Below, piece after piece: positions 17,661 to 26,706 of a stretch of DNA of 28,697 nt. Origin of the DNA: Candidatus Ratteibacteria bacterium (GTDB taxonomy: Bacteria; Ratteibacteria; UBA8468; B48-G9; DTJG01). The notes beneath the pieces were generated by a model. That model was given only the letters and a program-made list of their open reading frames with translations. It searched no databases and was not told the origin of the DNA. The DNA lies in NCBI GenBank assembly GCA_049971295.1, contig JBMFLH010000020.1:1-28697 (forward strand), given 5' to 3'. Each line of letters starts with the position of its first letter. The first letter of the stretch is position 1. The position numbers and the translations under genes were made by a program.

Positions 17661-18024
17661 TGACCATTTCTCCTTTTATCTCGGGTAAAGATTTATCAAG
17701 AAATTGAAAGTTTTCAACATTCACTTCAAGAGTTGATCTTTTTTCTTTGTCAGATGTCTCCCACTGGCGGTAACTTAACCGACCTTCAACAAAAATCAAT
17801 GCGCCTTTTTTCAAATATTCATAGCATATTTCTGCCCTCTTCCCCCACACCACCAGATTTACATAACAGGGGTCTTCTATTTTTTCCCCTTCTTTTGTCG
17901 TGTATTGTCTGTTCACTGCCAGCCCAAAATTGGCAACTGCGCTACCTGAAGGAGTGTATCTTAATTCAGGGTCCCTTGTCAGTCGCCCAATCAAAAAAAC
18001 CTTATTAAGACTTGGATTTGCCAT
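17590..18024 (-). CDS. ssb: Single-stranded DNA-binding protein
   Basis: [37 protein letters not shown]; rpsF-ssb-rpsR synteny. Confidence 0.97.
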   Translation of the reverse strand: MANPSLNKVFLIGRLTRDPELRYTPSGSAVANFGLAVNRQYTTKEGEKIEDPCYVNLVVWGKRAEICYEYLKKGALIFVEGRLSYRQWETSDKEKRSTLEVNVENFQFLDKSLPEIKGEMVNGTKDEGFKEETDNQEEETGKGL

Positions 18025-18331
18025 TTTTCACAAACTCAGGAAATTCCTTTTTTGCAATCACAAGGGTCCTGAGAATTTTCTCTCTGTGCTTAAGGTTTTC
18101 CTCAATTTTCTTTAAATCCTGTGAACTGCATTCAAAATAAAAAAGATAATAGTATCCTTCTTTTTTCTTTTTAATTGGATACATTAAACTACGTCTGCCC
18201 CACAGTTCACTGTGAACCAAATTTGCTCCTGATGAACTTATAGCCTGCGAAATCGCTGATATTTCTTCATTCAATCCATTCTGGTCAAGGCCAGGATCAA
18301 GAAGCATACATGCTTCATATTTTCTTGGCAT
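18005..18331 (-). CDS. rpsF: 30S ribosomal protein S6
   Basis: KYE....DP, WGRR.L.YPIKK...GYY, ILR; SD GGAGG before ATG 18331. Confidence 0.96.
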   Translation of the reverse strand: MPRKYEACMLLDPGLDQNGLNEEISAISQAISSSGANLVHSELWGRRSLMYPIKKKKEGYYYLFYFECSSQDLKKIEENLKHREKILRTLVIAKKEFPEFVKNGKSKS

Positions 18332-18376
18332 CTGTCCTCCACGGTCAACATTTTTCTTCTGTTTGATTCTGTATTG

Positions 18377-18404
18377 ATTATACCCATATTTCATCAATTG
18401 TCAA
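18377..18404 (-). promoter_or_regulatory. Consensus sigma70 promoter of the rpsF operon
   Basis: TTGACA (18404-18399), 16-nt spacer, TATAAT (18382-18377). Confidence 0.8.
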
Positions 18405-18416
18405 AAAGGTAGCCTT

Positions 18417-18445
18417 TTGACATAAATCGCAAAAACAGGTACATT
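18417..18445 (+). promoter_or_regulatory. Sigma70 promoter of the gltX operon
   Basis: TTGACA (18417-18422), 17-nt spacer, TACATT (18440-18445). Confidence 0.7.
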
Positions 18446-18472
18446 ATTATATTGCCTTTGGGGAGGAAAAAC

Positions 18473-19918
18473 ATGGTACGGGTCAGGTTTGCACCGAGTC
18501 CTACAGGATATCTTCATATAGGAAATGCGAGAACAGCACTATTCAACTATTTATTCGCAAGAAAAAACAATGGGAAATTTATTTTAAGAATCGAGGATAC
18601 CGATATAGAAAGGTCAAAAAAAGAATTTGAAGAAAGTATCATAGAGGATTTAAAATGGCTTGGTTTAACATGGGACGAAGGGCCTGATTGCGGTGGTCCC
18701 TATGGTCCATATAGACAAACCGAGAGGTTGCATCTCTACAGAGAGTATGCCAGTAAACTTCTTTCAGAAGGTAAAGCTTACAGATGCTGGTGCACAAAGG
18801 AAGAAATTGAAAAAAGAGTTGTATGTGATTTTCGTGATAAGACTGCTGGATACGATAATTACTGCAGAAATCTGACAGAAGCACAGATAAAGGAGTTTCA
18901 AGCGCAGGGACGAAAGCCAGTGTTGAGATTCAAGGTTCCGCATAAAGAAATTGTTGTCAACGATATCATCAGAGGTCATGTAAGATTTGAACCAGACTCA
19001 ATCAACGATTTTGTAATTATGAAATCAAATGAAATTCCCACATTTCATTTTGCAGTGGTCATTGACGACCTGCACATGCAGATTACTCATGTAATTAGGG
19101 GAGAAGACCATCTTTCAAACACCCCCAAGCACATACTGATTTTTGAAGCTCTGGGATACACTGTTCCTGCGTTTGCGCACATGTCAATGACTCTTGGCCC
19201 TGATAGAACCAGACTCAGTAAAAGACATGGAGCCACAAGTGTACGGCAATATAGGGAAAAGGGATTTCTCTCAGACGCAATGTTTAATTATCTTGCTCTT
19301 TTAGGTTGGAGCAGTAAAGACAATCAGGAAATTTTTTCGAGACAGCAGATGATACAGGAATTTTCCCTGGAAGCATGCAATCGATCAAATGCAATCTTTG
19401 ACCCGGCAAAACTTTTGTGGCTTAACAGTCAGTATATGCGAGGGAAATCAGCAAAAGAAATTTTTGAACTTGCCATCCCATTTCTTGAAAAAGCAGGATA
19501 TCACAAATTCGATTTACAGCAACACAGAGATATTATTGAAAAAGCCATTGAGATGGAAAAAGAAAAATTAAAAACCCTTGAAGATGTTGTAGAAAGAACC
19601 GGGTATTTTATTTCAGAAGATATTTCATGGGATGCTGAATTGACAAAAAAATTCAAAACTGTCCAGGTAGTCATGGTGCTTGATACCTTAAAATCCAAAC
19701 TGGGACAGATTCAACCATTCGAAAAACAAAATATTGAAGACATGATAAGAAAATTCTGCCAGGACAATCACCTGAAAACTGGTGAGGTCTTTCATCCTCT
19801 CAGATTTGCACTCACAGGAACAACAAAAGGTCCCGGCTTGTTTGAGTTAATTGAACTGCTTGGGAAACAACAAACCCTGAAACGAATAGAACAATTTCTT
19901 ACAAACATCAGAGTATGA
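18473..19918 (+). CDS. gltX: Glutamate--tRNA ligase
   Basis: RVRFAPSPTGYLHIGN, LRIEDTD, THVIRGEDH..NTPK, LSKRHG; SD GGGAGG before ATG 18473. Confidence 0.98.
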   Translation: MVRVRFAPSPTGYLHIGNARTALFNYLFARKNNGKFILRIEDTDIERSKKEFEESIIEDLKWLGLTWDEGPDCGGPYGPYRQTERLHLYREYASKLLSEGKAYRCWCTKEEIEKRVVCDFRDKTAGYDNYCRNLTEAQIKEFQAQGRKPVLRFKVPHKEIVVNDIIRGHVRFEPDSINDFVIMKSNEIPTFHFAVVIDDLHMQITHVIRGEDHLSNTPKHILIFEALGYTVPAFAHMSMTLGPDRTRLSKRHGATSVRQYREKGFLSDAMFNYLALLGWSSKDNQEIFSRQQMIQEFSLEACNRSNAIFDPAKLLWLNSQYMRGKSAKEIFELAIPFLEKAGYHKFDLQQHRDIIEKAIEMEKEKLKTLEDVVERTGYFISEDISWDAELTKKFKTVQVVMVLDTLKSKLGQIQPFEKQNIEDMIRKFCQDNHLKTGEVFHPLRFALTGTTKGPGLFELIELLGKQQTLKRIEQFLTNIRV

Positions 19919-20451
19919 TTTCAAAAGAAAAAATTTTTGAATTGAAAAAGGCAGCAACTGAAATATTGAAAAAGGCATGCATCGCTGTGAGAGACGAAGA
20001 AATTGAAGCAATGGAAATTGTTGAGATGGGGCTTGGAAAACCAGAGATTATTGGATTACAAATTATCGTGTATGTAAACAATGACAGATATTGTGCAAAA
20101 GAATTGATTCTTCTTCCAGGGCAAACCTGCCCGGAACATAAACATGGTCCATTGGGGTCAGACAATCCAGGGAAAATGGAAACATTCAGATGCAGATGGG
20201 GACAGGTTTATCTCTTGGTACCAGGACCTCGTACCACTCCGATGAAAGCAAAAGTGCCTGATTTCAGAAAAGAATACTTTACAGTATTTCATGAAATTGT
20301 CCTGAATCCTGGAGACCAATATACGCTGCCACCAGATACACTTCACTGGTTTCAGGCAGGAAGTCAGGGAGCAGTGATTTCGGAATTTTCTTCGCCAAGT
20401 TTTGACGAAAAAGACATTTTTACAGATCCATTAATAAGAAGAAAGCCATGA
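19915..20451 (+). CDS. D-lyxose/D-mannose ketol-isomerase family cupin (YdaE-like)
   Basis: YVNNDRYCAKEL, GQTCPEH.H, GK.ETFRCRWG, L.PGDQYT.PP.T.HWFQAG, SEFSS.S.DE.D.FTDP. Confidence 0.9.
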   Translation: MISKEKIFELKKAATEILKKACIAVRDEEIEAMEIVEMGLGKPEIIGLQIIVYVNNDRYCAKELILLPGQTCPEHKHGPLGSDNPGKMETFRCRWGQVYLLVPGPRTTPMKAKVPDFRKEYFTVFHEIVLNPGDQYTLPPDTLHWFQAGSQGAVISEFSSPSFDEKDIFTDPLIRRKP

Positions 20452-21839
20452 CCCGCATTTTATTTTTTAACACTCTCTCAAGACAGAAGGAACAATTTAA
20501 GCCAATAGAAGAGGGAATCGTAAAAATGTATACATGCGGTCCAACAGTTTACGACTATGCCCATATTGGAAATTTCAGAGCTTATGTTTTTGAGGATGTT
20601 CTTCATAGATTTCTGGAATATGTAGGATACAGAGTCAACAGAGTAATGAACATCACTGACATAGACGATAAAACCATTGCTGGTGCAATAAAAGAAGGTG
20701 TATCTCTCAGTCAATATACAGAAAAGTATATCAAGGCATTTTTTGAAGATATGGATTGCCTGAAATTAAAAAGGGCGACGCATTTTCCAAGAGCAACCCA
20801 GCACATCCCTGAAATGGTTTCTTTGATAAAAAAACTCATTGAAAAGGGCCATGCGTACGAAAAAAATGGTTCCATATACTTCAAAATCAGTTCATTCCCG
20901 GAATATGGAAAACTTTCTCACTATGATTTTGAAAACCTTTTAACAACAAGTACTGATGCAGACGAATACGAAAAAGACCAGGCGAGGGATTTTGCTCTAT
21001 GGAAAGCCACAAAGGACGAACCATTTTTCTGGGATACAGAAATTGGTAGGGGTAGACCCGGCTGGCATATAGAATGTTCTGCGATGAGTATGAAATATCT
21101 GGGTGAAACCTTTGACATTCACACCGGTGGGGTTGATAATATCTTTCCACATCATGAAAATGAGATTGCTCAGAGCGAAGCAGTAACAGGAAAAAAATTT
21201 GTAAACTACTGGCTGCACTGTGCACACCTTCTCGTCAATGGCGAAAAGATGTCAAAATCAAAGGGAAATTTTTATACATTAAGGGACCTGTTAAAAAAGG
21301 GTTATCATCCTTCTGGTATCAGATATCTTCTTATGACCACCCATTACAGGGATCCATTGAACTTTACAGAACAATCCCTTAAACAGGCAGAAAATACCGT
21401 AAAACACATTCAGGCATTCTATCAAAGAATTTCTTTTGCCCTGGACAATGAAGGAAATTCAAATCAGGACATAGAACAATACATCAATGAGGCATCAGAA
21501 AGTTTTATCAACGCACTTAGCGATGACTTAAATATATCTCTGGCAATGTCAGAGATATTCAAATTTATGCATGGTGTTAATGAAATTTGTGAAAAAACCA
21601 AAATTTCAGGCAGTGATGCAAAGAGAATTATAGAGTTTCTTGAAAAAATCAACGAGGTAATTGCAATTATTGAACCAGTTGAAAAATTACCTGATAACTT
21701 TGTTAATCTTATCAAAAAACGAGAGCAGGCAAGAAAAGAAAAAAATTTTACACTTGCTGACCAGATAAGAAGCACACTTGCTGAATCTGGCATTATTCTT
21801 GAAGATACTCCATACGGAACGCGATGGATCAGGAAATAA
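20448..21839 (+). CDS. cysS: Cysteine--tRNA ligase
   Basis: YTCGPTVYD..HIGN, DFALWK, GRPGWHIECSAM, FPHHENEIAQ, KMSKS. Confidence 0.98.
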   Translation: MTRILFFNTLSRQKEQFKPIEEGIVKMYTCGPTVYDYAHIGNFRAYVFEDVLHRFLEYVGYRVNRVMNITDIDDKTIAGAIKEGVSLSQYTEKYIKAFFEDMDCLKLKRATHFPRATQHIPEMVSLIKKLIEKGHAYEKNGSIYFKISSFPEYGKLSHYDFENLLTTSTDADEYEKDQARDFALWKATKDEPFFWDTEIGRGRPGWHIECSAMSMKYLGETFDIHTGGVDNIFPHHENEIAQSEAVTGKKFVNYWLHCAHLLVNGEKMSKSKGNFYTLRDLLKKGYHPSGIRYLLMTTHYRDPLNFTEQSLKQAENTVKHIQAFYQRISFALDNEGNSNQDIEQYINEASESFINALSDDLNISLAMSEIFKFMHGVNEICEKTKISGSDAKRIIEFLEKINEVIAIIEPVEKLPDNFVNLIKKREQARKEKNFTLADQIRSTLAESGIILEDTPYGTRWIRK

Positions 21840-24655
21840 AAAATCAAAATTTGATTCCTGAAGAAAGCGCACAGTATATCATCGTTCAGGGAGCAAGAGA
21901 ACACAACCTGAAAAATATCTCTGTTAAAATTCCGAGGAATAAATTTATCGTGATTACAGGCATTTCAGGTTCAGGTAAATCATCCCTTGCTTTTGATACT
22001 CTTTACGCTGAAGGACAGCGAAGATACATAGAAAGTTTATCTGCTTACGCAAGACAATTCCTCGAACAGATGAAAAAGCCGGATGTTGATCATATTTTTG
22101 GTCTTCCTCCTGCCATTGCGATTGAACAGAGAAAATCAGCGGCAAATCCGCGTTCCACTGTTGCCACAACCACTGAAATCTACGATTACCTCAGATTGCT
22201 TTACGCAAGAATTGGAGAAGTCCACTGTCCGGAATGCCATAGACCTATTTCAAAAATATCCTCAAGCGAGATTATTGATAAAATTATGGTTCTTCCTGAA
22301 AAAACAAAACTTCGTATACTTGCGCCGATTATTCGTGGAAGAAAGGGAGAATATAGAAAAATTCTTGAGGAGATCAAAAAGTCGGGCTTTTTGAAAGCAC
22401 GAATAGATGGAAAAATTGTTGACCTTGACCAGGAAGTGTCTTTAAAAAGATATAAAACCCATTCCATTGAGGTCGTGATTGACGAAATTGAAAAGTCCTC
22501 AGACAGGCAGAGAATTGCTGAAAGTGTTGAAATGGGATTGAAAATCGGTAAGGGGCTGCTTATTATCAATCAAAATGGTTCAGACCAACTATTCAATGAA
22601 AAACTGGGGTGTCCAATCTGCGGAATTAGCTTTGACCAGATTGAACCAAGAAACTTTTCATTCAACAGTCCCTATGGTGCGTGTCCTGAGTGCAAAGGAC
22701 TTGGATTTTTAATGAAAATCGACCCTGAACTTGTAATTCCTGACAAAAATAAAACATTCAGAGAAGGAGCAATCAGAGCGTGGCAGGATACTGGCGGAAG
22801 ACATATATTTTTTTATTATAGAGGGCTTTTGAGAAATATGTTGCGTCGCATCGGGAAAACTTTAGATACCCGGGTATGCGACCTGTCTGATAAGGAAATA
22901 AATTTCATTCTTTATGGCGATGAGGAAGAGGGCTACGAAGGGGTTGTTCCAAATCTCGAGCGGCTTTTTCAACAAACAGAGAGTGAATTCAGACGCGAAG
23001 AAATCATGAAATACATGAGAGAACTTGTGTGCCCTTCCTGTAAGGGAGATAGATTAAAACCAGAAGCACTGGCAGTAACAGTGGAAGACAGGTCTATTAT
23101 GGATGTTTGCAGAATGAGTGTTTCATCTGTGAAACGATTTTTTGAAAACCTGAATCTTACTGAAAAACAACAAATAATTGCCAGACAAATTCTTAAAGAA
23201 ATCATAAGCAGAACAAGTTTTCTTGAAGAGGTCGGGCTTGATTATCTGACTCTTGATAGGATGACCCATACTCTGTCTGGAGGTGAAGCAGAAAGGATCC
23301 GACTTGCAACTCAAATAGGTTCAGGACTGGTTGGCGTTCTGTATATTCTTGACGAACCAAGTATAGGGCTGCATCCGCGAGATAACCACAGGTTAATCAC
23401 AACACTGAAACACCTTTCCACACTTGGCAACACGGTCATCGTAATAGAACATGATGAAGAAATGATGAGAAATGCTGATTACATCATAGACCTTGGTCCT
23501 GGCGCAGGGAAAAATGGAGGAGAAATTGTCGGTTGTGGCACTATTGAAGAAATTATTCTTTCGGAAAGGTCCATTACCGGCAAATATCTGGCGGGCGTAT
23601 TATCAATTCCTGTTCCAAAAACAAGACGTAAGGTACAGAACAAATACATTTCCATCATTGGTGCATCTCATAATAACCTGAAAAATATCGACGTGAATAT
23701 TCCACTGGGACTTTTTGTTTGTGTCACAGGCGTGAGTGGTTCTGGAAAAAGCAGTTTAATTGATGATGTACTCACTCAGGGTTTGCGAAAAATACTTTAT
23801 AATAGCAAGGTAGTACCAGGTAAACACAAAGCCATTGTGGGTGTAGAAAATATTGATAAGGTCGTCATTATTGACCAATCTCCAATTGGGAGAACTCCAA
23901 GGTCAAATCCAGCCACTTACACTGGTGCCTTTGACCTTATCAGAAAATTATTCAGTTATACCCAGGAATCAAGAATCAGAGGTTACAAGCCAGGAAGATT
24001 CAGCTTTAATTTAAGAGATGGAAGATGTCAGGCATGCCAGGGCGAAGGCATTATGAAAATTGAAATGCATTTTTTACCTGATGTCTTTATTCCATGCGAA
24101 GTTTGTGGCGGAAAACGATATAACAAGGAAACTCTTGAAATCACCTATCGTGGGAAAAATATTGCGGAAATTCTGGAAATGAGAATTGAGGAAGCTGTTG
24201 AATTTTTCAAACATATTCATCCCCTGGCAGCAAAACTGCAAACATTGTGCGATGTAGGATTGGGTTATCTTGAACTGGGGCAACCTGCAACAACACTTTC
24301 AGGAGGAGAAGCTCAGAGGGTAAAACTTGCTGCAGAACTTTCCAGAAAGGGAAACGAAAAAACACTCTACATACTTGACGAACCTACAACAGGGTTGCAT
24401 CTTTACGATATTCAAAAATTGCTCACAGTGTTAAACCGATTGGTTGACAAAGGAAGCACTGTCGTGGTTATTGAACATAATATCGAAGTGATAAAGTCCG
24501 CCGATTACATCATAGACCTTGGGCCTGAAGGTGGAGACAAAGGCGGTCAAATTGTCTGTACTGGAACTCCTGAAGAGGTTGCGAAAAATCAAAGGTCATA
24601 CACAGGACAATTTTTACGCAGGGTACTTTATCAAAAAAATACAAGTGTTGCGTGA
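21824..24655 (+). CDS. uvrA: Excinuclease ABC subunit A
   Basis: GAREHNLKN, two ABC ATPase modules (GSGKSS, LSGGEA, LDEP), zinc fingers, [11 protein letters not shown]. Confidence 0.99.
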   Translation: MDQEIKNQNLIPEESAQYIIVQGAREHNLKNISVKIPRNKFIVITGISGSGKSSLAFDTLYAEGQRRYIESLSAYARQFLEQMKKPDVDHIFGLPPAIAIEQRKSAANPRSTVATTTEIYDYLRLLYARIGEVHCPECHRPISKISSSEIIDKIMVLPEKTKLRILAPIIRGRKGEYRKILEEIKKSGFLKARIDGKIVDLDQEVSLKRYKTHSIEVVIDEIEKSSDRQRIAESVEMGLKIGKGLLIINQNGSDQLFNEKLGCPICGISFDQIEPRNFSFNSPYGACPECKGLGFLMKIDPELVIPDKNKTFREGAIRAWQDTGGRHIFFYYRGLLRNMLRRIGKTLDTRVCDLSDKEINFILYGDEEEGYEGVVPNLERLFQQTESEFRREEIMKYMRELVCPSCKGDRLKPEALAVTVEDRSIMDVCRMSVSSVKRFFENLNLTEKQQIIARQILKEIISRTSFLEEVGLDYLTLDRMTHTLSGGEAERIRLATQIGSGLVGVLYILDEPSIGLHPRDNHRLITTLKHLSTLGNTVIVIEHDEEMMRNADYIIDLGPGAGKNGGEIVGCGTIEEIILSERSITGKYLAGVLSIPVPKTRRKVQNKYISIIGASHNNLKNIDVNIPLGLFVCVTGVSGSGKSSLIDDVLTQGLRKILYNSKVVPGKHKAIVGVENIDKVVIIDQSPIGRTPRSNPATYTGAFDLIRKLFSYTQESRIRGYKPGRFSFNLRDGRCQACQGEGIMKIEMHFLPDVFIPCEVCGGKRYNKETLEITYRGKNIAEILEMRIEEAVEFFKHIHPLAAKLQTLCDVGLGYLELGQPATTLSGGEAQRVKLAAELSRKGNEKTLYILDEPTTGLHLYDIQKLLTVLNRLVDKGSTVVVIEHNIEVIKSADYIIDLGPEGGDKGGQIVCTGTPEEVAKNQRSYTGQFLRRVLYQKNTSVA

Positions 24656-24664
24656 GGGACTTTT

Positions 24665-25642
24665 ATGGTCACAAATCTTCCTCCACATTATCATACAAAG
24701 GAAGCAGAATTAAAAAACGCTAAGACACCTGAAGAAAAAATTGCCATTCTCCTTGAGATGATGGCAATCATGCCCAAACACAAAGGAACTGAAAAACTTC
24801 AAAAAGAACTCAAGTCAAAAATGGCAAAACTTAGAAAGGAAGCCGCTGAAAAAAAAGTAATATCAAGGGGAAGCCCTGTTCCGACGATTGAAAGGGAAGG
24901 TGCAGGACAAATTATCATCGCAGGACCACCAAATACTGGAAAATCAAGCCTTCTTGCAGCAACAACGAAAGCAAAGCCAGAAATTGCAGATTATCCATTC
25001 ACGACAAAGATTCCCCAGCCAGGCATGTTAAAGTACGAAGATATCCAGATTCAATTGATTGATACCCCTGCCCTTTTGCCAGGAATTTCTGAAAATTGGC
25101 TTGGCGATATGATGAGAAAGAGCGATGTAATTCTCATACTTCTTGACCTTTCTGATGATGATATACTTGAAAAAATGGAACAGACCATGCAGGTGCTTGA
25201 ACAATTCAAAATCAAACTACCTGATACATGGGAATTCACAAAGAAAATTCTCTGGGTTGGAAACAAAATTGATATTCCCTCCTGGCAGGACATAAAAAAT
25301 GTGCTGTGTGATCTTTATCCAATAGGCAATCAAATTGTGCCAATTTCTGTGTTACAAAGAATCAACCTTGAACTGCTATCAGAACAGATATTCAAAAAAC
25401 TTGAAATCATCAGGGTTTATACGAAAATTCCGGGTAAGCCACCTGAAATGAAAGACCCTTATACCATTGCAGCAAATTCCACGCTTGAGGACCTTGCAAA
25501 AGCAATTCATAAGGACCTGGTGAAAACTTTTAGATACGCAAGACTATGGAAGCAAGGCACAGGAAATCCAATCATAGCAGGCAGGGACTATGTTCTTGAA
25601 GACAGAGACCTGGTGGAAATACACGCAGAGGATACCAAATGA
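24665..25642 (+). CDS. DRG-like (Obg superfamily) GTPase with N-terminal helical region and C-terminal TGS domain
   Basis: PKHKGTEKL...LK.K.AKL (DRG N-terminal signature), G1 GPPNTGKS, G2 YPFTT, G3 DTPA, G4 NKID, TGS IRVYTK.PG...IH.D...F.YA..W...L.D.D.VEI. Confidence 0.9.
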   Translation: MVTNLPPHYHTKEAELKNAKTPEEKIAILLEMMAIMPKHKGTEKLQKELKSKMAKLRKEAAEKKVISRGSPVPTIEREGAGQIIIAGPPNTGKSSLLAATTKAKPEIADYPFTTKIPQPGMLKYEDIQIQLIDTPALLPGISENWLGDMMRKSDVILILLDLSDDDILEKMEQTMQVLEQFKIKLPDTWEFTKKILWVGNKIDIPSWQDIKNVLCDLYPIGNQIVPISVLQRINLELLSEQIFKKLEIIRVYTKIPGKPPEMKDPYTIAANSTLEDLAKAIHKDLVKTFRYARLWKQGTGNPIIAGRDYVLEDRDLVEIHAEDTK

Positions 25643-26706
25643 ATGTAAAACTTGCCGCTGTAAATATTAGAAAAACATATACTAACACAGTGGTACTTGA
25701 TAATGTGTCTATCAGGGTTGGTAAATCTGAATTTTTTGCATTGCTTGGTCCTTCGGGAAGTGGCAAAACCACACTTCTGCGAATCATTGCTGGATTTGTC
25801 AGTCCTGATAGTGGAAAAATCTTTGTTGAAGACAAAGACATCACAAATGTTCCTGCAAATAGAAGAAACATGGCAATGGTCTTTCAAAACTATAGCTTAT
25901 GGCCACATATGACAGTATTTGAAAATGTTGCCTTCGGACTTAGAATAAGAAAAATTCCTGTCAACGAAATAAAAGAAAAAGTCAACAGGATCCTCGCCAT
26001 GGTTGATTTACAACAGCATTCCACAAAAAAACCACAGCAACTTTCTGGTGGACAACAACAAAGAGTTGCGCTTGCACGAGCACTGGTGATTGAACCTGAC
26101 ATTCTTCTTCTTGATGAACCATTGAGCAACCTTGACGCACATCTCAGAGATCAGTTGAGGCAGGAAATAAAAATGCTCCACAAAAATCTTGGAATCACCA
26201 CGATATATGTGACACACGACCAGAAGGAAGCAATGTATCTTGCAGATACCATTGCAGTGATGCTTGATGGAAATATTGTTGAAATGGGAAGTCCTGAAAT
26301 TGTTTATCAAAAGCCCTCAACCCTTCAGGCAGCCAGATTTCTTGGACAGCTGAATGAAATTTATGGCGTGGTAAAAGAAATCAAAAATGATTTATATGAT
26401 GTTGAAACAGATATTGGAATGCTTAAGGCAAAATCAGCAATTAAGTTTTCTATCAATCAACAGGTTACTGTCGGGTTCAGGCCAGAATTCATTCAGTTTC
26501 CAGCATCCCAGGATACCACCAACAGAATTGAATGTGAACTCCATTCATATGAATATGCTGGTGCTTTTATCAATCTTGTCTTGAAGAAAAATTGCACGCT
26601 TTTCAAAGCAATATTGCCAGCGGTATCATTCCGCAAGCCAGATGATAAAGTGTGCGTGATCGGCATTAATCCTGAAACCATTTTGCTATTCAAAAAAGAA
26701 CAATGA
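25639..26706 (+). CDS. ABC transporter ATP-binding protein (FbpC/PotA-like, C-terminal TOBE region)
   Basis: GPSGSGKTT, MVFQNYSLWPHMTV, LSGGQQQRVALARA, LLDEPLSNLDA, YVTHDQ.EA. Confidence 0.95.
   Translation: MNVKLAAVNIRKTYTNTVVLDNVSIRVGKSEFFALLGPSGSGKTTLLRIIAGFVSPDSGKIFVEDKDITNVPANRRNMAMVFQNYSLWPHMTVFENVAFGLRIRKIPVNEIKEKVNRILAMVDLQQHSTKKPQQLSGGQQQRVALARALVIEPDILLLDEPLSNLDAHLRDQLRQEIKMLHKNLGITTIYVTHDQKEAMYLADTIAVMLDGNIVEMGSPEIVYQKPSTLQAARFLGQLNEIYGVVKEIKNDLYDVETDIGMLKAKSAIKFSINQQVTVGFRPEFIQFPASQDTTNRIECELHSYEYAGAFINLVLKKNCTLFKAILPAVSFRKPDDKVCVIGINPETILLFKKEQ

Noticed and set aside
18332..18370. S6:S18 autoregulatory leader in the rpsF 5' UTR (CCG just before GGAGG)
   Set aside because: The leader is short and A-rich and I cannot build a convincing stem; an Infernal search with an S6:S18 leader model is needed.
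18446..18472. T-box riboswitch ahead of gltX-cysS
   Set aside because: The leader is under 30 nt, the downstream genes overlap, and there is no T-box motif.
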